From NCBI GenBank assembly GCA_043822705.1, contig JBDRBK010000099.1, positions 1 to 41,874 on the forward strand: 41,874 nucleotides of DNA, written 5' to 3'. Within the stretch, counting starts at the first letter, position 1. Each line of letters starts with the position of its first letter. The notes below the pieces were generated by a model. It saw nothing but the letters and a program-made list of their open reading frames with translations, was not told the DNA's origin and ran no database searches. This document shows positions 18,946-27,902 of the stretch, piece by piece. Both the position numbers and the translations under genes were made by a program. Source of the DNA: Fidelibacterota bacterium (lineage in GTDB: Bacteria > Fidelibacterota > Marinisomatia > Marinisomatales > TCS56).

Positions 18946-19090
18946 CTCAGCGGTTGCTGAGCCCGACCGCTGCAACCTGATTATCCTCCGCACACCGATC
19001 TGCCCGCAACAAGGACCGGTAGCAACGACTATTGTAAATCATTGACCGTTGCTAGCGGTCGGGCGGGCCGGATTCCCCCGGTCCGGTCGC
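18946..19090. repeat. Cluster of nested inverted repeats after sodB
   Basis: GCCCGACCGCTGCAAC (18961-18976) and GACCGGTAGCAACG (19014-19027) can each pair with CGTTGCTAGCGGTCGGGC (19047-19064); small hairpin CTCAGC/GCTGAG at 18946-18961. Confidence 0.55.
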
Positions 19091-19110
19091 TCGAGTGCTG
19101 TATATCTCCA

Positions 19111-19200
19111 CACTGTAGCATTCTGCTACAGTGCTCATAAGCTCTTGTATTTTGCTGTATTAATCTTTCGACTGGTAATAGCCTGTAGTATTACTCGACA
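19111..19200. promoter_or_regulatory. Putative sigma54 enhancer (UAS) sites
   Basis: Perfect palindrome CACTGTAGCA-TTC-TGCTACAGTG (19111-19133) and a second TGT-N11-ACA, TGTAGTATTACTCGACA (19184-19200), about 80-170 bp upstream of a -24/-12 promoter. Confidence 0.7.
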
Positions 19201-19278
19201 CTAATCAATATTAATATTCTTATAGTAGTGATGCTATATGTCCATATTAATATGTTGTTTATGAAATATATTTCCATG

Positions 19279-19294
19279 TGGCACATCAATTGCT
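19279..19294 (+). promoter_or_regulatory. Sigma54 (-24/-12) promoter
   Basis: TGGCAC-ATCAA-TTGCT, an exact match to TGGCAC-N5-TTGCW, 33 bp before ATG 19328. Confidence 0.85.
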
Positions 19295-19327
19295 GATTCT
19301 ATTTCAGCAACATAAAGGAAGTGTGCC

Positions 19328-20020
19328 ATGAGTGTCATCATATTGGTAATATTCGTCTTAGCCTGTCTGAGTATCGATTATTACCTCAAAAAACGAAGAA
19401 AACGTGTGATTGAGAAAAGCCCCATCCTTCACAATAAAACATTTCAACTGCGACAAAACCGGGTGCTGGTACCCCAGGGTATCTACTTTGCTAAGTCACA
19501 CGCTTGGGCTTACCTGATAGAAACAGGCCTAGTGCGGGTTGGTCTTGATGATTTTTTAAAGCACATAATCGGCCGTGTGACCAGAATATCGGCTTCCGGT
19601 AATAATGCTTCAATCATTCAGAACGAAGCATTGTTGAATCTCGAGCAGGATGAAAAAAAACTGACGATTGCGGCTCCGATATCAGGCAGGGTAAAGCGGA
19701 TTAATCCCGAGATTCTGAATAATCCGCAAAATGCACTGGGCTTGCCTTATAAGGACCGGTGGATCTACGAACTGGAGCCCGCTAACTGGGAAGAGGAAAC
19801 AAAAAACCTTCACCTGGGGCGTACTGCTTCCAAATGGATTGAAAAGGAATTTATCCGTCTAAAGGAGTTTTTCGCCTACTTAATGAGTGGGGACGGATCA
19901 TCAAGTGCCTATGCCACCATTCTGCAGGATGGTGGGGAAATTGCTGAAAAAGTTCTGGAATATTCTGGTCAGGAGACCTGGCAGAAGTTCCAAGTGGAAT
20001 TTTTGGACCAGCAATCCTAA
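19328..20020 (+). CDS. Membrane-anchored glycine-cleavage-H-like protein lacking the lipoyl lysine
   Basis: YFAKSHAWA, VRVGLDDF, APISGRVKRINP and PYKDRWIY; N-terminal TM; LQDGG tail. Confidence 0.82.
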   Translation: MSVIILVIFVLACLSIDYYLKKRRKRVIEKSPILHNKTFQLRQNRVLVPQGIYFAKSHAWAYLIETGLVRVGLDDFLKHIIGRVTRISASGNNASIIQNEALLNLEQDEKKLTIAAPISGRVKRINPEILNNPQNALGLPYKDRWIYELEPANWEEETKNLHLGRTASKWIEKEFIRLKEFFAYLMSGDGSSSAYATILQDGGEIAEKVLEYSGQETWQKFQVEFLDQQS

Positions 20021-20112
20021 ATACTAATTGGCAACAAATCGTGAATTCGCAGTGGGCAGGGTTTAATCTGCTGCTGCAAACCCAACTATTATAGGACAAT
20101 GGGAGTTAATGA

Positions 20113-20976
20113 ATGAGTATCGATAGAAGAAATTTCATTAAGGCATTGGGTGTTACTGGTACCAGTTTGATCGGAGCCCGGTCACTGAACGCCAAGACAG
20201 TGAAACCATCGGTCGAAATGAAAGGCATACTGATTGACACAACTCTATGTGAGGGTTGCCAGTCATGTGAATATGCCTGTGCTGAAGCAAATAACCTTCC
20301 CGAGCCGGGGGATTACCCTGAAGCCGGTGTAAATCGTAATTTGACTACTGAACAATTGACCGTGGTTAACTGTTATGATACATCACGAGGTGAAATATAT
20401 GTAAAAAAGCAGTGTTTCCATTGTAATCAACCAGCCTGCGATGCTGCCTGTTTGACCAAGGCCATGAACAAGACTGATGATGGTCCGGTCGTCTGGCGGG
20501 AAGAAAAATGCATGGGTTGTCGCTACTGTATGATATCCTGTCCGTTTGAAATCCCGAAATTTGAATACGACAGTCCTGTCCCCAGCATAAAAAAATGCAG
20601 CATGTGCTGGGCTCGCCAGCAGGAGGGCGAACTTCCCGCTTGTGTCGAAAACTGTCCTAATGAAGCAATCCTGTTTGGGACCAGGCGGGAATTATTGGCA
20701 GAAGCCCGGCGCAGAATCAGTATTAACCCGGATCAGTACTACGATCATATCTATGGTGAAGAAGAGGCTGGTGGAACGGGAATCTTGTATCTGTCGGCGG
20801 TCTCCTTTGATGAACTGGGATTCAATACCGGAATTCAAAAGGAATCCTATCCCAAGCTGACCAAGGGTTTCCTGTACAGCGTACCGTCCATTTTTGTTCT
20901 ATGGCCGATGATGCTGCTGGGATTATACAAATCGACTAATGGAGAGCAAACTGATAATCAGGGGGAAGAGTTATGA
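20113..20976 (+). CDS. Tat-exported 4x[4Fe-4S] ferredoxin subunit (HybA/HmcB/NrfC-like) with C-terminal TM
   Basis: SIDRRNFIK Tat motif; CEGCQSCEYAC, CFHCNQPACDAAC, CMGCRYCMISCP and CSMC...PACVENCP. Confidence 0.92.
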   Translation: MSIDRRNFIKALGVTGTSLIGARSLNAKTVKPSVEMKGILIDTTLCEGCQSCEYACAEANNLPEPGDYPEAGVNRNLTTEQLTVVNCYDTSRGEIYVKKQCFHCNQPACDAACLTKAMNKTDDGPVVWREEKCMGCRYCMISCPFEIPKFEYDSPVPSIKKCSMCWARQQEGELPACVENCPNEAILFGTRRELLAEARRRISINPDQYYDHIYGEEEAGGTGILYLSAVSFDELGFNTGIQKESYPKLTKGFLYSVPSIFVLWPMMLLGLYKSTNGEQTDNQGEEL

Positions 20977-22214
20977 ACCATTCCGATAGCATTACCGCAG
21001 ACGGTGTGCGATCACAAAGTTTAGGCCGCTTTCTGCTTAACGAATTAAAGCCGAAAGGGGAAATATTTACACCATTTAATCTGATTTCGGTCCCGGTGAT
21101 TATTCTGGGATTGATCATCATCTTCATCCGGTTCTGGAAGGGTTTGGGAGCGGTAACCAATTTATCGCAAACCGTCCCCTGGGGCCTGTGGATTGGCTTT
21201 GATGTGGTTACCGGAGTGGCTTTTGCCGGCGGAGCCTACGTATTAACTTTTATGGTTTATGTACTAAATATTAAAAAATACGAGCCAATAGTGCGGGTCA
21301 CGGTATTAAATGGCTTCCTGGCCTACCTGTTTTATGCGGGAGCCTTACTATTGGATCTGGGACGCCCATGGAATGTAATAAATCCGATCATAGGTAATTC
21401 ATTCGGTACCAGCAGTGTACTGTTTCTGGTAGCCTGGCATTTCATGCTCTATATGTTTGCCACCTTGATAGAATTCTCACCGGCCATCGCCGAATGGCTG
21501 GGGATGGAACGGATCCGGCGAATCCTTAAAAGCCTGACTGTTGGCGCTGTTATCTTCGGCATTACCCTATCCACTTTGCACCAGTCCGGCTTGGGGGCCC
21601 CCTATCTGATGGCCAAGGATAAGATTCATCCACTATGGTACACGGAATTCATCCCGATCCTGTTTTTCGTATCCAGCATATTTGCCGGACTATCGATGGT
21701 CATCTTCGAAGGTTCAATTACCTACCGGGTATTTTCCCACCAGGTTTCCAAAGATGATCATCGACATCACAATGCACTGTTATTCGGACTTGCCAAAGTC
21801 TGTGCCGGAGCAATGTTCGTTTATCTGTTTCTGAAACTATTGATTCTGGCACATGAACAGCAGTGGTCCCAGCTTTCGACTGGTTTCGGGAACTGGTACC
21901 TGCTGGAAATAATTGGTTTCGTGTTGTTGCCAATGATCCTGTTTATCAGCAGTATTAAGCAACAAAATCTGATCCTTGTAAAAATCGCCTCAGTACTGAC
22001 ACTGGTGGGAATCATCCTTAACCGCTTAAATGTGACCGTAATCGGTTTTCATTGGGATGCGGCTGTACGGTATGTTCCTACCTGGATGGAAATAGTGGTG
22101 ACCTTGGCGATAATATTCATCGAAATCTGGGTTTTTCGCTGGATTGTCAACCGCATGCCTGTTTTGAATCATGCTATTCCGGCAACCAGAGCAGTTAAAA
22201 TATCAACTGATTAA
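20973..22214 (+). CDS. NrfD/PsrC-family integral membrane quinone-interacting subunit (HybB/HmcC-like)
   Basis: TNLSQTVPWGLWIGFDV, LDLGRPW, LSTLHQSGLG and HPLWY; about 10 TM helices. Confidence 0.92.
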   Translation: MNHSDSITADGVRSQSLGRFLLNELKPKGEIFTPFNLISVPVIILGLIIIFIRFWKGLGAVTNLSQTVPWGLWIGFDVVTGVAFAGGAYVLTFMVYVLNIKKYEPIVRVTVLNGFLAYLFYAGALLLDLGRPWNVINPIIGNSFGTSSVLFLVAWHFMLYMFATLIEFSPAIAEWLGMERIRRILKSLTVGAVIFGITLSTLHQSGLGAPYLMAKDKIHPLWYTEFIPILFFVSSIFAGLSMVIFEGSITYRVFSHQVSKDDHRHHNALLFGLAKVCAGAMFVYLFLKLLILAHEQQWSQLSTGFGNWYLLEIIGFVLLPMILFISSIKQQNLILVKIASVLTLVGIILNRLNVTVIGFHWDAAVRYVPTWMEIVVTLAIIFIEIWVFRWIVNRMPVLNHAIPATRAVKISTD

Positions 22215-22224
22215 GGGTATAAAA

Positions 22225-22953
22225 ATGGAAAATTTCGTTCATACCAATATTTTTGCCACCAAAGGAATCGAATATTTAATCGTAATCGGGTTTCTGCTGC
22301 TGGTTATTCCTTTCTGGCGCTACCTAAATTCACCAGTCAGACTTTCCCCGGTGCTTGGTTTTTCCACAATTCAGGCTGCAGTGAAACGGATCACAGGCAG
22401 TATTCCCGAGGGTGTCTTCCTGGATCCGACCCATTCCTGGGCTTTTCTGGAATCATCTGGTATGGCCCGGGTCGGGGTTGATACATTCTTGTTGTCGGCC
22501 ACCGGACCGGTGAATTATCGTGAATTAAGAAATCCCGGTGATAGTATCAGTCGGGGGGATGTGATCAGCCTGCTGGAGCAGGATGGGAAACAGCTGAAAA
22601 TTTACTCTCCTATCTCCGGTGTCGTCGGGCAGCGTAACCGTAAATTGTCCAGATCATTTGAATCGAATGAGAATTTTTATTCTCAAGGCTGGCTCTACAT
22701 GATTAAACCGGATAACTGGAAACATGAGGTCGGCAAACTATTGTTTGCAAAGAAAGCCGAAGAGTGGATTAAATCAGAATTTGACCGCTTGAAGGATTTC
22801 TTTGCTTTCTCGACCAGTAAATACGGTTATAATCCGGAATTGATAGTACTCCAGGACGGTGGTGCCCTGGTGGATCAGGCGCTGGAACAGATGCCCGCGG
22901 ATATCTGGGCTGAATTTCAGACTGAATTCATTGATGCCAACAAGACTGAGTGA
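22225..22953 (+). CDS. Second membrane-anchored GcvH-like protein lacking the lipoyl lysine
   Basis: IFATKGIEYLIVIGFLLL TM, THSWA, ARVGVD, YSPISGVV, YSQGWLY and LQDGG. Start moved to ATG 22225. Confidence 0.82.
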   Translation: MENFVHTNIFATKGIEYLIVIGFLLLVIPFWRYLNSPVRLSPVLGFSTIQAAVKRITGSIPEGVFLDPTHSWAFLESSGMARVGVDTFLLSATGPVNYRELRNPGDSISRGDVISLLEQDGKQLKIYSPISGVVGQRNRKLSRSFESNENFYSQGWLYMIKPDNWKHEVGKLLFAKKAEEWIKSEFDRLKDFFAFSTSKYGYNPELIVLQDGGALVDQALEQMPADIWAEFQTEFIDANKTE

Positions 22954-22982
22954 TAACCAGCTGATCTTTATCAGGTAGAATA

Positions 22983-23741
22983 GTGAAAGCGAAAAATCTA
23001 AAGTGTATCTGGATGGAGGCCGGTGTTGTGGACTACCAATTATGCCGGTTGAATTTTGAATGCGAGACCTGTGATATCCATTCCAGAGTTACCAAACCCG
23101 CTATAGCAGTAGGGGTTGAGGAGTCGCGATCACAGAGATTGATTAAAATTAATTTTAAGTCACCGGCGACAGATTCATTTGTCGCCGGTGTGCAATATTA
23201 TCCGAATCATGTCTGGATTAAACGTGTCAGTCGGAATCGGGTGCTCACTGGATTGGACGATTTATTCTTTAGCCTGTGGAACGATATCAGCCGGATAATT
23301 ACCAAGGATGTTAATGCACTGCTGACAGCTAATAGCAGTTTTGCCTGGCTGACTACAGCCGATGGATTAGTGAACCTGAAACTTCCTTTCAGTGGAAAAG
23401 TGATTGCCATAAATCCACTCCTGTCCGAAGATGAAAAAAACAATCTGGAAATAATCAGGGAACTTCCGTTAGAACAACTCTGGTTACTGAAAATGGAGCC
23501 GGTGGAAGGCGTGTTAAATCAGAATACCTGGTTGACCAAACAACAGTATATCAAACAATTGATTGATGACACCAGGTTGATTCATGCCACAATTTCTAAT
23601 GATTACCAGGCCCGATCCATTCCTCCACCGGCGATGATTGAAACCCTGCAGGCTTACCAGCGAAAAACCATTACCCTGACGAGGCCGGCGCTCAAGCACC
23701 TGGTTGATAAATTATCACGCGGCACCCATCAATTTCATTAG
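22983..23741 (+). CDS. Soluble GcvH-like protein with N-terminal Cys cluster
   Basis: CIWMEAGVVDYQLCRLNFECETC (CX12CX5CX2C), then YYPNHVWI, TGLDD and LPFSGKVIAINP. Confidence 0.75.
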   Translation: MKAKNLKCIWMEAGVVDYQLCRLNFECETCDIHSRVTKPAIAVGVEESRSQRLIKINFKSPATDSFVAGVQYYPNHVWIKRVSRNRVLTGLDDLFFSLWNDISRIITKDVNALLTANSSFAWLTTADGLVNLKLPFSGKVIAINPLLSEDEKNNLEIIRELPLEQLWLLKMEPVEGVLNQNTWLTKQQYIKQLIDDTRLIHATISNDYQARSIPPPAMIETLQAYQRKTITLTRPALKHLVDKLSRGTHQFH

Positions 23742-23807
23742 CCGGGGAGTTGTTTTAAGACGGCTAATATATATGTAAATTTGGGCGGAGTTGATTAAAT
23801 ATTACTA

Positions 23808-25439
23808 ATGAAACCGGAACAGATTAGCACAAGGTCCTCGATTTATCGGCGTATAATCCTTTCCTTGCTATCCATTTCCCTGGTTTTCTTCAGTCTTCTG
23901 GCCTATGTCGTTTTCAGTGTAAACCGCAACCAGTCCGAAAAAATCATCCGGCAGTGCGGTAATCGGGTATCTTTTATAATCAACCGCGCCCTGCATAAAT
24001 CCATGTTGATCAATGACAATACCGAACTTCGAGAAATCATTGTCGAGTTAACAAAGTTGTCGGGTTTGTTGCAGATTGATATTTACGACCAGCAAGGTAA
24101 TCTTAAACATGCCACAGGTCAATTGTCAGGACTTGAATCGGAGCAGAACATCGCTGAAAAAATAGAGCAGATCCATCATCAAATCGATGCCGAATCTTAT
24201 TCTCCTGAACAGTTTTATACTATATCCCGGATTGGCAATATCGGTCGGATTCTCAAATTGTCCACCCCGATTCTGAATGAACCGAATTGCACTAATACGG
24301 CCTGTCATATTCATAGTGGTGATGATCCTATTCTGGGATTATTGCAGATAAAACTATCGCTTTCAGAGATCGATAAGACCAGGGCATCTTCGGAAATATA
24401 TTATTTTGCTTTGGTTTCAGTATTCATTCTTGCCAGCATAATAATCATGGTAACATTTACCGAGCGCACTATTCACCGTCCCATGGCCCATATTGTGCGG
24501 GCCAGTAATGAAGTAGCCAAAGGGAATCTGGATATCCGTATACCGGTGCAGGATTTTAAGGATGCCGATGTATCGCATGTGGGCACGGCTTTCAATAATA
24601 TGCTGGATGAATTGGGTCAGGCCAACAAAAAACTGCGACGCTGGTCCAAGGACCTGGAAGAGACAGTCAGAATAAAAACCGAAGAAATTAAACGGACACA
24701 GAATGAATTAATCCGGATTGAACGCATGGCCTCTCTGGGCAAACTGTCGTCGTCGGTGGCGCACGAGATCAATAATCCCCTGTCAGGTGTTTTAACGTAT
24801 TCCAAGCTGGTTGCTCGCCTGCTGAAAAAAGATCCGGTTGATCCTGAGGATATGCAGAATATTTTCGGTTATTTGGAGATGATCGAATCGGAAACCAAGC
24901 GCTGTGGTAATATCGTCAAGGGACTGTTGGATTTTTCACGCCAGGAACCGTCCCGTCATGAAATTGTACCACTGAACAGTATTCTGGTGGAAACACAGAC
25001 CTTAATGGAACATTCCTTCAAAGTGGCCCAGGTAGATTTTGAAACTGATTTTTCCGCTATCGCCGACCTGATCCAGTGTAATCCAAACCAGATCAAGCAG
25101 ATATGCATTGCCGTCCTGGTTAATGCCATCGAAGCAATTACCAGAGAAGGCCGGGTGACTTTCACATCTGGCAATAATGATGATTTATCGGAAGTAAATA
25201 TTACGATTACTGATAATGGTTCAGGAATCCGATCTGAGGATAAGGATCACATCTTCGAACCATTTTTTACCAGGAAAAAGGATGGCGCCGGTTCGGGACT
25301 CGGGTTGGCAGTTACTTACGGCATCGTTCAACGGCATAAAGGTCGTATCGAGGTGGAATCAGAATTAACCAAAGGTACAAAATTTGTAATAACGTTGCCG
25401 GTTTACACTAAAACCAAGGATATTTCCAATGCGGGATAA
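23808..25439 (+). CDS. Membrane sensor histidine kinase (NtrB-like, HAMP) with periplasmic CX4CH motif
   Basis: Two TMs; NEPNCTNTACHIH; VAHEINNPL, DNGSGI, FEPFFTRK and GSGLGL. Confidence 0.93.
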   Translation: MKPEQISTRSSIYRRIILSLLSISLVFFSLLAYVVFSVNRNQSEKIIRQCGNRVSFIINRALHKSMLINDNTELREIIVELTKLSGLLQIDIYDQQGNLKHATGQLSGLESEQNIAEKIEQIHHQIDAESYSPEQFYTISRIGNIGRILKLSTPILNEPNCTNTACHIHSGDDPILGLLQIKLSLSEIDKTRASSEIYYFALVSVFILASIIIMVTFTERTIHRPMAHIVRASNEVAKGNLDIRIPVQDFKDADVSHVGTAFNNMLDELGQANKKLRRWSKDLEETVRIKTEEIKRTQNELIRIERMASLGKLSSSVAHEINNPLSGVLTYSKLVARLLKKDPVDPEDMQNIFGYLEMIESETKRCGNIVKGLLDFSRQEPSRHEIVPLNSILVETQTLMEHSFKVAQVDFETDFSAIADLIQCNPNQIKQICIAVLVNAIEAITREGRVTFTSGNNDDLSEVNITITDNGSGIRSEDKDHIFEPFFTRKKDGAGSGLGLAVTYGIVQRHKGRIEVESELTKGTKFVITLPVYTKTKDISNAG

Positions 25440-26766
25440 ACTTTCCATTCTTATTGTCGATGATGAACTCTCGGTCCGGGATTCATTGAGCAACTGGTTT
25501 GCCGCCGATGGATATGATGTCAGCAATGCGGGCAATGCTGTTGAAGCGCTCCAGAAACTGGAGTATAAGGAATTCCAAATTATTCTGATTGATATAAAAA
25601 TGCCGGGGATGGATGGTCTTGAATTACACCGTCGCATCAAGGCCACCAATAATAAAGCAATTGTGATTATCATGACCGCCTTCGCCTCAGTTGACTCGGC
25701 AGTAGAGGCACTGAAAGACGGTGCCTACGATTATATCTGTAAACCATTCGACCCGGATCAACTCTCACAGATAATTCACAAGGCATCTGAAATTGTGGTA
25801 ACTGAATCCGGGACTAAAATTACCGAAGAACAACCACGGGAGTTGGAAAATGTTGAAAACATAGTCGGCAACAGCCCGGCCATGATGGAAGTATTTGAAC
25901 AGGTGAAAGTGCTTTCCGGAACAGATTCGACGGTCATCATAACCGGGCAGAGCGGCACCGGTAAGGAACTGATCGCCCATGCTATCCATATTAATTCCAA
26001 TCGCCGTTATTTTCCCATGATTATCGTTCACTGCGGTGCCGTCACCGAAACCTTGCTGGAAAGCGAGTTGTTTGGTCATGAGCGGGGTGCTTTTACCGGG
26101 GCCAGCTATCACCGTAAAGGTAAATTTGAAATGGCCAACGGTGGGACATTATTTTTGGATGAGATTGCAACAGTCTCATCCAAGATGCAGATTGAGCTGT
26201 TGCGGGTCCTGGAATCCAAAACCTTTACCAGGGTTGGTGGCAGTAAGGAAATCAAATCAGATTTCCGGGTAATCGCCGCCACTAATCGGGATTTAAAGAA
26301 CATGGTGAAGGAAGGTATGTTCCGGGAGGATCTGTATTATCGTTTGAACGTATTTAATATCCATGTTCCATCTTTAAAGGAACGCCGGGAAGATATCCCT
26401 GCCCTGGTCGATCATTTTATTAAAAAATATGACCAGCTAATGAATCGGTCAGTCCGGAAAATTGAGGCCGTTGCTCTGGAAGCGTTGTCCCGCTATGATT
26501 TCCCGGGTAATGTACGCGAACTGGAAAATATAATTGAGCGGGCCATTGTTTTATGTAAAGGCGATACCATCAAACAGAAAGATTTACCAATCGCCGATGA
26601 GTTAATTGATACCAGCACGGAAAGTATCACTGAAATTGAAAAAAACCATATTCAACGGATTCTGAATAAGTACGATTGGAATATTTCCAAAACTGCCAAA
26701 TCACTGGGGATTGATCGTGCTACCCTTTATAACAAGATCAATAAATATGGTATTAACAAGCCGTGA
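25429..26766 (+). CDS. Sigma54-dependent response regulator (NtrC/AtoC family)
   Basis: Receiver domain, GQSGTGKEL, ESELFGHERGAFTGA, LFLDEI, FREDLYYRL, PGNVREL and Fis-type HTH. Confidence 0.96.
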   Translation: MRDKLSILIVDDELSVRDSLSNWFAADGYDVSNAGNAVEALQKLEYKEFQIILIDIKMPGMDGLELHRRIKATNNKAIVIIMTAFASVDSAVEALKDGAYDYICKPFDPDQLSQIIHKASEIVVTESGTKITEEQPRELENVENIVGNSPAMMEVFEQVKVLSGTDSTVIITGQSGTGKELIAHAIHINSNRRYFPMIIVHCGAVTETLLESELFGHERGAFTGASYHRKGKFEMANGGTLFLDEIATVSSKMQIELLRVLESKTFTRVGGSKEIKSDFRVIAATNRDLKNMVKEGMFREDLYYRLNVFNIHVPSLKERREDIPALVDHFIKKYDQLMNRSVRKIEAVALEALSRYDFPGNVRELENIIERAIVLCKGDTIKQKDLPIADELIDTSTESITEIEKNHIQRILNKYDWNISKTAKSLGIDRATLYNKINKYGINKP

Positions 26767-26865
26767 ACCAGAATCCCAGTCAAGCAGTTGCCAGCTATTA
26801 AATTACCGACCAATTCTTGTAGTTAAAAGGTGGGAAAGATTTCATCCTGTTTGTAATCGAGTATT

Positions 26866-27393
26866 ATGGTCACTTCCGGTACAATATACTTGGTTCCCTT
26901 TTCAATCGAGATCGATCATCTGCTGCTTCAACTGCAGGATATTATTCAACAACAATTTAAATATCATACCAGAATCAAAGAGCAGCATTTCGACCTGAGC
27001 CGATATTTTAATCCGGACCGGGTACAATACTCGGCCAATGATATTTTAGCTCATCTACTGGAATTATCTGTTGAGAATAATGATAAAATCATTGGTCTAA
27101 CCGGGGTTGATATATATATCCCGGTGCTGACCTTTATATTTGGTCAAGCCTATTTGGGCGGGCGCGCTGGAGTAATATCGGATTACCGTCTCAAAAACGA
27201 ATTTTACGGAATGCCCAATGATCAAGAATTATTCGAACAACGATTGACCAAGTGTATTATCCATGAACTGGGACATATGTTCGGGATACTGCACTGTAAC
27301 AGGCTGGATTGCGTTATGCGTTCGGCAACATATGTAGAGGAAATTGATCAGAAATCGATTTATTTATGCCAGAGATGTGCACAGCAATTATGA
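26866..27393 (+). CDS. Archaemetzincin family zinc metalloprotease (M54)
   Basis: FIFGQA, HELGHMFGILHC...CVM...CQRC. Confidence 0.9.
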   Translation: MVTSGTIYLVPFSIEIDHLLLQLQDIIQQQFKYHTRIKEQHFDLSRYFNPDRVQYSANDILAHLLELSVENNDKIIGLTGVDIYIPVLTFIFGQAYLGGRAGVISDYRLKNEFYGMPNDQELFEQRLTKCIIHELGHMFGILHCNRLDCVMRSATYVEEIDQKSIYLCQRCAQQL

Positions 27394-27902
27394 TCAATCG
27401 GGAAATAATACCTGATCGAACAATAGTCATTATAACCCGACCAATATGGCCCTTGAATTTGCCAAGTTGTCAAATGAATTAATTTTTGCAGGCTGTTCAA
27501 TTACAATCCATCGGATATTGGCCATCAGTGCATGATATTGCCGTGCTTTCTGGACTACTGAACTAAGTGATTATCAAAACCTTGCTGTTGCCCATATATT
27601 TCCAGTGGTTGGGTGATTAATTCGTCGGACTTTTTTATATCCCATCGGATTAAGCTGCAAATATTTCAGTTGAACGATGGTTTCAGAATCTGCACCACCA
27701 TGTGACAAAAATTCAATTCGCATAGTCAATGAATCATAATAGGAATCGTGGATTTGGAGATAACCGCGGTCCTGCCGTAATATATAATTTTTTCATGTCG
27801 ACGGCATTCCAATAGACAACGTCAATAAAAACCGCGGTGATTATTAACCGCAGATTCATACTATAATCGATTGATACCAATCAGAGAGTAGAAAACAATA
27901 GA

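Noticed and set aside
19328..23741. A true glycine cleavage system or a [NiFe]-hydrogenase-2 operon
   Set aside because: The lipoyl Lys is absent, and no GcvP/T/L, hydrogenase large/small subunits or maturases are present
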